DNA of 41,714 bases from assembly GCA_016203935.1 (NCBI GenBank), contig JACQLU010000038.1, forward strand, positions 1-41,714. The letters run 5' to 3'. The notes under the pieces are model-generated. The model did no database searches. It was not told where the DNA came from and was given only the letters and a program-made list of their open reading frames with translations. The translations under genes and the position numbers were made by a program. Of the stretch, positions 17,501-26,430 are shown in pieces. Position 1 is the stretch's first letter. Every line of letters starts with the position of its first letter. This DNA comes from Parcubacteria group bacterium (lineage in GTDB: Bacteria; Patescibacteriota; JACQLU01).

Positions 17501-17755
17501 ATGGCACCGTCACGTAAGAAAAAACAAGAGACCTTCACCATCAAAGGCGAGGAGCTTTTGGCCAAGGTAAAAGCGCTCATCAAAGAGGGGAATGTACGAA
17601 GGATCAGTATCAAAACCAAACAAGGCAAAGTGATTGCCGAGTTTCCGCTTACGATCGGCGTGGTTGGCGTCGTGCTCGCCCCGATCTTCGCCGCGGTTGG
17701 GGCACTTGCCGCCCTTATCACCGAGTGCACGATCACCGTGGAGCGGGAAGAATAG
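17501..17755 (+). CDS. DUF4342 family protein
   Basis: GEELLAKVKALIKEGNVRRISIK...EFPLTIG...LAPIFAAVGALAALITECTITVER; SD AAGGAG. Confidence 0.85.
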   Translation: MAPSRKKKQETFTIKGEELLAKVKALIKEGNVRRISIKTKQGKVIAEFPLTIGVVGVVLAPIFAAVGALAALITECTITVEREE

Positions 17756-17793
17756 AAAGGGGGTCTCGCACAGAGCGAAACCCCTGACGGACA

Positions 17794-18213
17794 CTACCGC
17801 GGCTGGTCATTCTGCCACTTATCGGCGAAGAAACGAGTCGCAATTGCCGCCGCCCGGAGAAAGGCAAAGAGATCATCGATTACCTCTCCTTCCGGGGGTT
17901 CAATTCCATCCGCTCGCAGAGCGGCTTTTAGCCGCTCTATCCCAAGATGGCAATTATTGACAGCCCCAGCAAGAGCGACAAAAACTCCATCAGCACATGC
18001 CTGGATCCCTCCCCCAAGTTTCCCGGTTCGCGATTTACATTTCGTCATCGCCGCTCCATGGGCCCAGTCAACAACGCGTGGGATCAACTCGAGCCTGACA
18101 TGCGGCGTCATGGCGTTGACCATGCGTAACGTGGTAGTGCGATCAAACCCCCTCCACATAATATGGTCAACCGCGACCCAATACGGATTTTTCGTGCCTG
18201 CTTTAGTAATCAT
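17794..18213 (-). CDS. Hypothetical protein (139 aa)
   Basis: ATG 18213 with GGAGGG SD; promoter TTGTCT-17-TATCCT (18275-18247); terminator-like hairpin at 17756-17786. Confidence 0.65.
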   Translation of the reverse strand: MITKAGTKNPYWVAVDHIMWRGFDRTTTLRMVNAMTPHVRLELIPRVVDWAHGAAMTKCKSRTGKLGGGIQACADGVFVALAGAVNNCHLGIERLKAALRADGIEPPEGEVIDDLFAFLRAAAIATRFFADKWQNDQPR

Positions 18214-18281
18214 TCTCCCTCCTTCTGCTGGCTCCCATAACAACCGAGGATAGCACAGAAGGAAGCGAGAGACAACTCTTT

Positions 18282-18310
18282 TTGACAAGCAGTATTAAAA
18301 ATAATATCCT
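18282..18310 (+). promoter_or_regulatory. Sigma70-type promoter of the dipeptidase gene
   Basis: TTGACA (18282-18287), 17-nt spacer, TATCCT (18305-18310); divergent from the 18213 gene. Confidence 0.6.
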
Positions 18311-18340
18311 ACGCTTAATCTCAACGTAAGGAGGGGAATC

Positions 18341-19345
18341 ATGGCAGAGGAAAGGATGTTCTATGCGGATCTCCGCGGACATTTTAGTCCGCCGAGAGAG
18401 CCACTCAAGGTAAATGCCGGTCTAAAGCTTGACTTGGCCGCAATTTGTCTCGTGCCGCCAGAAGTTACCACCATCGAGGAGATCATTAAGGCCCAGCACG
18501 AGGGTCTTAAGGAGCTCCATGGGCAAAAAAATCTGAGGTTAATCCGGTATCCCTCTGATCTCGATAGCATTGGCAACGGGGTTACGGGGGTAGTGTGCGA
18601 ACTTGAGAATCCACCCAAGGATCTCAATATCGGCGAAGAGAACTCAGAGAGGGATAACATCAAAACGAACCTGCAACGTTTGCGTGATGCTGGTATTCTG
18701 ATCATCGCGCTCGCGTATCGGGAACTCAATGCCTTCGGAGGGGGTTATCGTTATCCGTACGCTCGCCTGACCCCGTGGGGTGACCAATTCCTTTCTGTGT
18801 GCAGGCAGGTGGGCATGATCGTTGATCTTTCTGGTGCCGGGCACCAGACCGCTTGGGACGCATTGATTCATCCAACCGGCGTCACATTCATCGCCTCCCA
18901 CGGCGCATGTTACGAGGTGAATGGATGTTACAATCCCCGCAATCTTCCCCGCGCGGTCCTTAGGAAGATTGCGATGGGGGGAGGGATGGTTGGAATCTAC
19001 ACTCGTACCTTTGGTCTTCATCCTTCGCAAGACCTTCTCGCTCACTTTTGTCATCACGTTGAAGCCGCGGTAGAGAGTTGTGGAGTTGATGCGGTGGCCA
19101 TTGGGAGTGATGGGGTATATGTGAAACAAGCGGAGAGCGTCTTGAGGCTAGAGCGTAGCGATCCGGATCGTTGTCCACCGGATCAACTGGGCGATCTCAA
19201 TCGACCCGACCGGATGGAGGTGCTGCGGGAGGAACTATCGAGAAACGATAGAGGAGAGGCACTCGTCTTCTCTCCCGAGGATGTTGCCAAGATTATGGGT
19301 CTTAACATTTTGCGTTTCCTCAAAAGGGCACTGAAGTCCACCTAA
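18341..19345 (+). CDS. Membrane (renal) dipeptidase family M19 protein with degenerate metal site
   Basis: NAFGGG...LTPWG, GMIVDLS, IASHG, PRNL, GGMVGI, VAIGSDG, KIMGLNILR; SD AAGGAGG. Confidence 0.8.
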   Translation: MAEERMFYADLRGHFSPPREPLKVNAGLKLDLAAICLVPPEVTTIEEIIKAQHEGLKELHGQKNLRLIRYPSDLDSIGNGVTGVVCELENPPKDLNIGEENSERDNIKTNLQRLRDAGILIIALAYRELNAFGGGYRYPYARLTPWGDQFLSVCRQVGMIVDLSGAGHQTAWDALIHPTGVTFIASHGACYEVNGCYNPRNLPRAVLRKIAMGGGMVGIYTRTFGLHPSQDLLAHFCHHVEAAVESCGVDAVAIGSDGVYVKQAESVLRLERSDPDRCPPDQLGDLNRPDRMEVLREELSRNDRGEALVFSPEDVAKIMGLNILRFLKRALKST

Positions 19346-19470
19346 GGAACACCCGCGCCAAAGCTCCCTTTCCGGGAGCTTCTTTAAATTTAGAGCGGGG
19401 TCTGACCACGCTTTAGCATACTCCGGTCGTAAGGATCCTCGCGCGGCTCACGCGGCAGGGTCTTCTTTTT
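19346..19470 (+). terminator. Multi-hairpin 3' tail ending in an intrinsic terminator; repeated at 21880-21997
   Basis: AAGCTCCC..GGGAGCTT, AGAGCG..CGCTTT and AAGGATCCT..AGGGTCTT followed by a T run. Confidence 0.7.
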
Positions 19471-19533
19471 GTGCCCATGCTATACTGAAAAGTACCGGGA
19501 ACTCACTCCCGATGGCTTATCTATATTTTCTTT

Positions 19534-21780
19534 ATGCAATTTCCCACTGGTAGAGAACGAACCTCCTTCATTCTATTAATAGCAGCGTTTTTTCTCCTCG
19601 CTGTTATGCTTATTATTGTAAGCGGGAAAGGAAGAGAGCTCCTCACCGCCATAAGCGGCACTCAAGCCGTGGTCTCGTGTAGCAGCGACGTTACCTGCGA
19701 TGACGGTTATGCGCTGACCACTGATAGCTGTGTCAATCCCGGTCTTGAGACTTCTTACTGCGCCCACACCGCCAATCGAGGGTTAAGCTACAGTTCCGGC
19801 TTTTCCTATAGTAATCTGTCGGAATGGAACGAGTCCCAACTAATTGATTTTAGCAACATTATTGAAGGGCCGATCAACTTTGCCGACATAGCCCAAAGCG
19901 ACTTCTTTCAGAGTCTCAAAAACCAAGGCAAGATCATGGCGCGCGCGGTGAGCGTGGAGGAGTACTACGGACGCACCAACGACGATATTGCGGCGAATAA
20001 AACCCAGATCATCCAAGCTATTTACGATAAATTGACTCGAATCTACCAGGACGGCTACGACGCCTTTGCCTTCGATGAATTGATCGGCTTTGAGCAGAAC
20101 GATGGCTTTCGAGAACTGATGTCGGCAGCCTCGCTCGCCATCGAGCAGGTGAAGAAAGATTATCCCACCAAGCTTATCTTTGTGTGGGGCTCGCGTTTTA
20201 TCCCTACCTCGGCGATCGGTATCGAGACTATGAAGCGGATCTTTACCTATGCCGATTTCTATCTTCCCGAAGCGTATTATGCGGATGAGCCGTATACCGA
20301 TACAGAGCTTAATGGTTTCATTCATGACGTGAGCCAGCGCTTTGAAAACTTCCATCCCGGCGTGGGACGCAAGATTCTCTTTGGATTAGCGGCTTCGGAT
20401 GTGGAAGATTGGGTGACCGATCAAAACGCCGATCAGGATTTTAGGAAGTTTGCCGACAACGAAGTCTACCTTATCAAGCAAGACGCCACCCAGAATCTCA
20501 ATACCGGTGTCGGCGTCTTCTTCTTTGGCAAAGTCAACCTTGAGACCAAGACGTGGTTTGCTAAACTCTTTAAGCATTACCTCTTTGATAATCAGACATC
20601 GCGTTTTAGTGAACGGAATTATGCACTTTCGTATCTTAAGAATCCCAGTTTTGAGAATGGCACTGCGGATTGGGCAGTAAGCGTGGGGGCAGGTGGCGAG
20701 GTAAAAACCATTACCAAAGCTTCCATTACCCCTGTGCTTGAGATTGTAAGTCCGTGGCAAAAGGTCCCCAGCAAAAATAATGTGCTTTTCCTAAAGCGCG
20801 GCACCACTGCGAATACGGTAACGCAGACGACCGCAAATCTTGTGGCGGGTAAAGAATACATGCTCGAAGTCTATTCCAAAAAGCATTCGGATGATTTCAC
20901 TCGTTCAAATCTGATTACCAGTCTTACTGATTCGGCTGGTAATACCATAAGCGCCGCCTACGAACGCCATACCCTCTTTACCAATCTTAGAGTATTTAGT
21001 TACGACTATACCTTGGCGCAATGCCAGGCGCTAAAACCTAACTGTAGTTACGATAAACATTACTGGACACGCGAGACGTTCGTCTTTACCGCGCCAGCAA
21101 ATCAAGTGCAGGTAGTGACGACTGATGCGAGTGCAGGGAGCGGAGAGATCACGTTGGTTGATTTTGTACAACTACAGGAATACGTGCGTGCCCTTGTCAT
21201 AACTCCCACTCCTACGCCGACACCTACTTCACCCACGCCAACCCCGACGTCGAGTCCGACTCCTACGCCCACCACGACACTCATCGCGAAAGGCGACACT
21301 TGGAAGTATCTCGATAACGGCACCGATCAGAGAACGGCGTGGTGGGGTGTGACCTTTAACGACGCCGGATGGAAGTCAGGGCCTGCACAACTCGGCTATG
21401 GCGATGGCGACGAGCAAACAGTGGTAAGCTTTGGTCCCAATTCGAAAAGAAAATACATCACCACCTATTTTAGGAGAACCTTCGCTGTGCTCGATCCTGC
21501 AAGTTTCTCTAAGCTTGCCCTCAGTCTCTTGCGCGACGATGGAGCGGTGGTGTATCTCAATGGCGTCGAAGTGATGCGAAGCAATATGCCCACCGGTACC
21601 ATTACGTACACTACACTTGCCGCGAGTACGATTGATGGTTCCAAGGAAACGCTCTTTCACTCAGCCGAGCTCAACCTAGGGTTGTTGGTAAGTGGGGCAA
21701 ACGTGGTAGCAGTGGAAATCCACCAGCGCCAGAAAACAAGCAGTGATATCAGTTTTGATCTGGAACTCGTTGCGTTTTAA
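19534..21780 (+). CDS. Membrane-anchored surface protein: Cys-rich module, possible glycoside-hydrolase-like barrel, CBM-like domain, PT linker, C-terminal beta-sandwich
   Basis: N-terminal TM; CSSDVTCDDG..TDSC; FAFDE and YLPEAY; LKNPSFENG; (TP)n; WKYLDNG..LGYGDGDE..TTYFRR..DDGAVVYLNG..AVEIHQ..SDISFDL. Confidence 0.75.
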   Translation: MQFPTGRERTSFILLIAAFFLLAVMLIIVSGKGRELLTAISGTQAVVSCSSDVTCDDGYALTTDSCVNPGLETSYCAHTANRGLSYSSGFSYSNLSEWNESQLIDFSNIIEGPINFADIAQSDFFQSLKNQGKIMARAVSVEEYYGRTNDDIAANKTQIIQAIYDKLTRIYQDGYDAFAFDELIGFEQNDGFRELMSAASLAIEQVKKDYPTKLIFVWGSRFIPTSAIGIETMKRIFTYADFYLPEAYYADEPYTDTELNGFIHDVSQRFENFHPGVGRKILFGLAASDVEDWVTDQNADQDFRKFADNEVYLIKQDATQNLNTGVGVFFFGKVNLETKTWFAKLFKHYLFDNQTSRFSERNYALSYLKNPSFENGTADWAVSVGAGGEVKTITKASITPVLEIVSPWQKVPSKNNVLFLKRGTTANTVTQTTANLVAGKEYMLEVYSKKHSDDFTRSNLITSLTDSAGNTISAAYERHTLFTNLRVFSYDYTLAQCQALKPNCSYDKHYWTRETFVFTAPANQVQVVTTDASAGSGEITLVDFVQLQEYVRALVITPTPTPTPTSPTPTPTSSPTPTPTTTLIAKGDTWKYLDNGTDQRTAWWGVTFNDAGWKSGPAQLGYGDGDEQTVVSFGPNSKRKYITTYFRRTFAVLDPASFSKLALSLLRDDGAVVYLNGVEVMRSNMPTGTITYTTLAASTIDGSKETLFHSAELNLGLLVSGANVVAVEIHQRQKTSSDISFDLELVAF

Positions 21781-21807
21781 GCGGCCCCCTCCCCGCTACC
21801 TCCGGTG

Positions 21808-21997
21808 CAAGCAGCATAAAAATAATATCCTACGCTTAATGTCTTTGCATTCTTCAAAAGGGCACTGAAGTCCACCTAAGGAACGCATGCGTCGAAGCTC
21901 CCTTCCCCGGGAGCTTCTTTAAATTTAGAGCGGGGCGTGACTACGCTTTAACATACTCCGGTCGCAAGGATCCTCGCGCGGCAGGGTCTTCTTTTTT
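21808..21997 (+). pseudogene. Internally deleted second copy of the dipeptidase unit
   Basis: 21808-21839 matches 18286-18318 and 21835-21997 matches 19301-19470, joined at a shared CTTAA; retains in-frame LNVFAFFKRALKST*. Confidence 0.88.
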
Positions 21998-22065
21998 GCG
22001 CAGGTTTGTTATAGGTGTGCAGTTATTCTAGAATGAAATTACACACTCGCGATTAACTTTTTCCT

Positions 22066-25000
22066 ATGCACGTTCCTACCGGAAAAGAGCAGGGGCCGTT
22101 TCTCGTCCTCGTCACGGCGTTTGTCGTCGTGGTTGTTATTTTTATTTCGCTTATAGCGGGCGCCGATAAGAAGTTACTTACCTTTATCGGCACCGCGAGC
22201 GTCGCGCCAAGGGGGGCGAACACCACGCTCGATTCTTTTTCGCAGCAGAAAAAGGATGGGTCACAGATTTCTAAGCCAACCGTCACAGTGATACGCGGTC
22301 AAAGGGAGCTATGGCTTCAAAGCCTTTCGAACGAAGAATCAATCTTTTTGGGAAGCGTGGGGAACAATCAGAACTCTGTGAGCTACTATGTTTCACCAAG
22401 AGAACCGCCCCCGGGGTATCGCGAGACGGCTCTTGCGGGAAGCATTATCATTGAGTCTCCGGAGAAGGGTACGCTCGCGAAGAAGAACGCAGAGTTGAAT
22501 CAAGAGATCGAGTCGGTAAAAAAACAACTTTCACGCACGACCGATACGAGGAGTAGGGCGACCATCGAGGCGCGTCTTACTACGTTGATTACCAATAAGC
22601 GATCAACCCTTGTGCGCGAAAAGAGCGTCTTGGAACAAAAACAGACAGCCACGCTCGCTGCCCTGCAAAGAATTGCCCCCACTGTCAGTATTACGCAGAA
22701 ATTTATAACCTCTTTTAACGGGTTTACCGCGACCGCAACCCCCAAGGATACTCAAGCATTGAAACAGCAAGGCTACCGCGTGTGGCGTAACGCGGAAGTG
22801 CACGCATCGCTTACCGAATCAGTCCCTCTTATTAATGCCGACGATGTGTGGGCAACCAAAGACGCCAGCGGCGTCAATGTGACAGGGAGGGGGATACGCA
22901 TCGCCATCATTGATACTGGCATCGATTATCGCCATCCCGACCTTGGCGGTTGTCTGGGAGCGAGTTGTAAAGTAGCCGGCGGCTTCGATGTAATAAATAA
23001 TGATGCCGATCCTATGGACGATATGGGGCACGGTACCCATGTGGCAGCCATCGCCGCGGGGAAAGGCGCTCTCAAAGGGGTGGCGCCCGACGCGTTATTC
23101 TATGCATATAAAGTTTTGGATCGTTACGGATCGGGAAGTTTCTCCTTGGTCATTTCCGGCATCGAACGCGCGCTTGACCCCAATCTCGATGGAGACCTCT
23201 CCGACGGTGCGCACGTGATAAATCTTAGTCTTGGCGGCATCGGTAATCCCGATGATCCACTATCGCAGGCGGTTGATAATGCGGTGCTGGGAGGCGCTGT
23301 GGTAGTGGTGGCCGCGGGGAATAGAGGTTACCCCAAAAGCATATCGAGTCCCGGAACGGCAAGAGACGCAATTACGGTAGGAGCGAGCACCAAAGCAGAT
23401 TTGCTCGCGTGGTTTAGTTCACGAGGCCCCGTGGTATGGAATAACCATACACTCGTTAAACCAGATCTTGTGGCACCCGGCGCAGAAATTTGTGCCGCAC
23501 AATGGGAGAATTGGTTATCCGAGCGTCAGTGTGTCGATGATGGGCATATTCGACTGGATGGAACTTCCATGGCTTCTCCGCACATCGCGGGAGCAGCGGC
23601 GCTCACAAAGCAAGCTCATCCAGAGTGGAGTCCCGCCCAGATCAAAGCCGCCGTCAGGGGTACCGCGGTTCAATTGGGATATACTCTTTTCGATCGTGGA
23701 GCGGGGAGACTCGACGCGTACTCTCCGGTAAGTATTGTGGGATCACCGCCAGTCGCAAAGCTTTCCCCTCTCAATACCAACGGCATTACAAGGCCTGTGA
23801 TGGGTACCGTTGCGAGTGAGAACCTTATGCAGTGGCAGTTATCGTACACGTTGCTCGGGAGTGGAACGAACGGTAATTGGACTGAACTTATTCGTTCTTC
23901 GACACTGCCAACGAGCGCCTCTCTTTTCTCGTGGAATACCAATTTTATCCTTGATGGCGAATATCTCCTTCGTCTCTCGGTGACGCAACAGGATCGTCTT
24001 CAAGCGACCGATTACGGATACTTGGTGATTGATAAACTTCGTATTTCCCACCCACGCGAGTCCGACGTGTTCCGTAGCGGCAGCACAGTGAACGTCGAAG
24101 TCGCTCTTGAGGCTTTGGGCGCTCCCGCCATTCTTCTTGAGTATGGCGTAGGACGTTCGCCCAGCCAGTGGCGAGAAATTTCGCGCAGCCAAAACGTGAG
24201 GCAGACATGGGATACCAGCGGTTTGGCTACTGGGTGGTATACCCTGCGCGCCTCACTCACAGGAAGTACGGCGTCGGCCGATCAAGAAACGAGAATGATC
24301 TACCTCGATGCCACGCTTAAACCGGGCTGGCCCCAACGGCTCGACTTTGATCGATACGACTGTGGTCAATCCGAACCGTGCCCCGCTGCTCATGGTCTCT
24401 TTGAAACCGTGGTAAGCGACCTCGATGGAGACGGCGCGAGTGAAATTATCGTAGTCGCGGGGAAAGTCGCTCCCTATGTGACGGCATATCGCGCTGACGG
24501 CGAGCGTATCTGGACCGCTCATACGAGAATCTATGATAGTCCTGCGTCGTTTTCCTTACCCCTCGTTGAAGATTTGGATAACGACGGCAATAAAGAGGTG
24601 ATCGTGTATGTTGGTCGCGGTTTAAATGATCCCGGGAGACTCTACGCGTTCACTGCGCGAGGTGCGCTAAAATCTGGTTGGCCTTTAGACCTTCCTTATG
24701 ATATTCCCACTATGGTTGCCGCCGACATCAATCGTGACGGAAAGCGGGAACTTATTCTTAAAGGCAATACTGGTCTCCCCGAGGCCATGACCATCGTAAG
24801 CGCCGAAGGCAAGGTTATGTCTCGCTGGAATCTTTCCGATATCGCATGGCTCACGTTTGGTCCTTTAGGGACGCCAGCTGTAGGTAATTTTGATGACGAT
24901 GCTGATCTAGAGATAGTGATCGCACGTCCCGCGCCCCACGCCACCGCGAATACAAATGACGGAGAACTCCATGTGTTCAACTCCGACGGTTCTGAAGTGA

Positions 25001-26358
25001 ATGGCTGGCCTCGTGTCATGCAGGAAGGGTATGCCCTCGGATCATCGCCGGTCGTCGCCGATCTTGATCGCGATGGTCGTGATGATATCGTGGTGGCGCT
25101 ACAGTATGCCTCCGATACATTCCCAGATGTGCGTTACGGAGGCGTCTATGCGTTTGATCGACGGGGCGCGTTGCTTCCCGGATGGCCCGTTGGCAAGGGT
25201 CGGTATTATGCATCGTCGCCATCCATCGGCGATCTCGATGGCGACGGAGACCTCGAAATTGCGGTGAGTAATTACCAAGCCACCACCGAGGTGTATCACC
25301 ATGACGGAAGCATGGTCCAAGGCTGGCCTCAGCGGACTCGCTCCTTTGATCTCTATGCAACCATCATGGGTGATGCGAACGGCGATGGAAAACCTGATGT
25401 GCTCACCGCCACCAGTACCTACATTTTAGAGGGAGGTCTCTATGCTTGGAATGCGCAAGGTTCTCTCCTTCCCGGGTTTCCTAAACATACAGAAATCGAC
25501 GCGGTTGCCTATTACCAGCCCCCTCCCACGCTCACCGACGTGGATGGCGATGGAAGAATCGATTTGGTGGGGAGCACACCGTTTGAGTATGATTTTGCCC
25601 GTGAGCAGTATAAGTGGAGGAGTTCGATTTATGTATGGGATCTCGACGCCCGAACGAATCCTGCGACCATGCACTGGCCGACATTCCATCACGATGCGCA
25701 AAGAACCGGCCGCTATGCGCCGCTTGGTCCTGCTCCCGATACTACTCCTCCCACCGTTTCGATCACATCGCCTACCCAAGGAGCTACCATCTCCGGGGTA
25801 GTCATCTTAAGCGCCTCTGCTGCCGATAACGTAGCGGTCGAGCGAGTTGAATTCTACTATCACAGTCAATTTATCGGCGTCGACTATACCTCACCCTATA
25901 CGACAGAGTGGGATACCACCAAAGTTTCCAATACCTCCTACAACCTTATTGCGAAAGCGTATGATCAGGCGGGCAATATCGGTATCTCCCCAGTGAGGAC
26001 CGTAACAGTGAATAATATTTTGACTCCTACACCCTTACCGACGAAGACAAAAACGCCTACTGACACTACTCCCCCTACGGTCTCTATTACTCAACCAAAA
26101 ACCGGATCCACGGTAAGCAAGGGCGCGTCGGTAACGATTACCGCTACGGCAACTGATAATGTGGCAGTCACCAAAGTCGAATTCTATATTGGTACCTCAA
26201 GTTTGAGTCTTCTCTGTACCGATACGACCGCGCCCTACTCGTGCCTCTGGAAAGCACCCACCATTTCCGTTCGTGAGCCGTACCAGATCGAAGCGCGGGC
26301 GTATGATGCGAAGGGGAATCGCGGCGTCTCGAGTAGAGTATTTGTGGGAGTGAAATAG
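22066..26358 (+). CDS. S8 subtilisin-like serine protease with FG-GAP repeats and two C-terminal Ig-like domains
   Basis: IAIIDTGID, HGTHVA, AAGN, GTSMASPH; I9-like FNGF prodomain; many DLDGDG-type repeats; two DTTPPTVSIT..ADNVAV..VEFY units. Confidence 0.93.
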   Translation: MHVPTGKEQGPFLVLVTAFVVVVVIFISLIAGADKKLLTFIGTASVAPRGANTTLDSFSQQKKDGSQISKPTVTVIRGQRELWLQSLSNEESIFLGSVGNNQNSVSYYVSPREPPPGYRETALAGSIIIESPEKGTLAKKNAELNQEIESVKKQLSRTTDTRSRATIEARLTTLITNKRSTLVREKSVLEQKQTATLAALQRIAPTVSITQKFITSFNGFTATATPKDTQALKQQGYRVWRNAEVHASLTESVPLINADDVWATKDASGVNVTGRGIRIAIIDTGIDYRHPDLGGCLGASCKVAGGFDVINNDADPMDDMGHGTHVAAIAAGKGALKGVAPDALFYAYKVLDRYGSGSFSLVISGIERALDPNLDGDLSDGAHVINLSLGGIGNPDDPLSQAVDNAVLGGAVVVVAAGNRGYPKSISSPGTARDAITVGASTKADLLAWFSSRGPVVWNNHTLVKPDLVAPGAEICAAQWENWLSERQCVDDGHIRLDGTSMASPHIAGAAALTKQAHPEWSPAQIKAAVRGTAVQLGYTLFDRGAGRLDAYSPVSIVGSPPVAKLSPLNTNGITRPVMGTVASENLMQWQLSYTLLGSGTNGNWTELIRSSTLPTSASLFSWNTNFILDGEYLLRLSVTQQDRLQATDYGYLVIDKLRISHPRESDVFRSGSTVNVEVALEALGAPAILLEYGVGRSPSQWREISRSQNVRQTWDTSGLATGWYTLRASLTGSTASADQETRMIYLDATLKPGWPQRLDFDRYDCGQSEPCPAAHGLFETVVSDLDGDGASEIIVVAGKVAPYVTAYRADGERIWTAHTRIYDSPASFSLPLVEDLDNDGNKEVIVYVGRGLNDPGRLYAFTARGALKSGWPLDLPYDIPTMVAADINRDGKRELILKGNTGLPEAMTIVSAEGKVMSRWNLSDIAWLTFGPLGTPAVGNFDDDADLEIVIARPAPHATANTNDGELHVFNSDGSEVNGWPRVMQEGYALGSSPVVADLDRDGRDDIVVALQYASDTFPDVRYGGVYAFDRRGALLPGWPVGKGRYYASSPSIGDLDGDGDLEIAVSNYQATTEVYHHDGSMVQGWPQRTRSFDLYATIMGDANGDGKPDVLTATSTYILEGGLYAWNAQGSLLPGFPKHTEIDAVAYYQPPPTLTDVDGDGRIDLVGSTPFEYDFAREQYKWRSSIYVWDLDARTNPATMHWPTFHHDAQRTGRYAPLGPAPDTTPPTVSITSPTQGATISGVVILSASAADNVAVERVEFYYHSQFIGVDYTSPYTTEWDTTKVSNTSYNLIAKAYDQAGNIGISPVRTVTVNNILTPTPLPTKTKTPTDTTPPTVSITQPKTGSTVSKGASVTITATATDNVAVTKVEFYIGTSSLSLLCTDTTAPYSCLWKAPTISVREPYQIEARAYDAKGNRGVSSRVFVGVK

Positions 26359-26381
26359 GAACTGTCCATTTCCATGTCACA

Positions 26382-26410
26382 AAAGCCCCGACCATTTGGG
26401 GCTTTGTTGT
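26382..26410. terminator. Terminator hairpin between convergent genes
   Basis: AAAGCCCC-GACCATTT-GGGGCTTT with T-rich flanks on both strands. Confidence 0.6.
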
Positions 26411-26430
26411 TGGGAAGATGTCCTCATTGT

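Noticed and set aside
21202-21280. PT-encoding repeats as DNA-level repeat elements (also 27180-27230, 27610-27720, 11505-11535)
   Set aside because: Codons vary freely, so these are ordinary Pro/Thr protein linkers.
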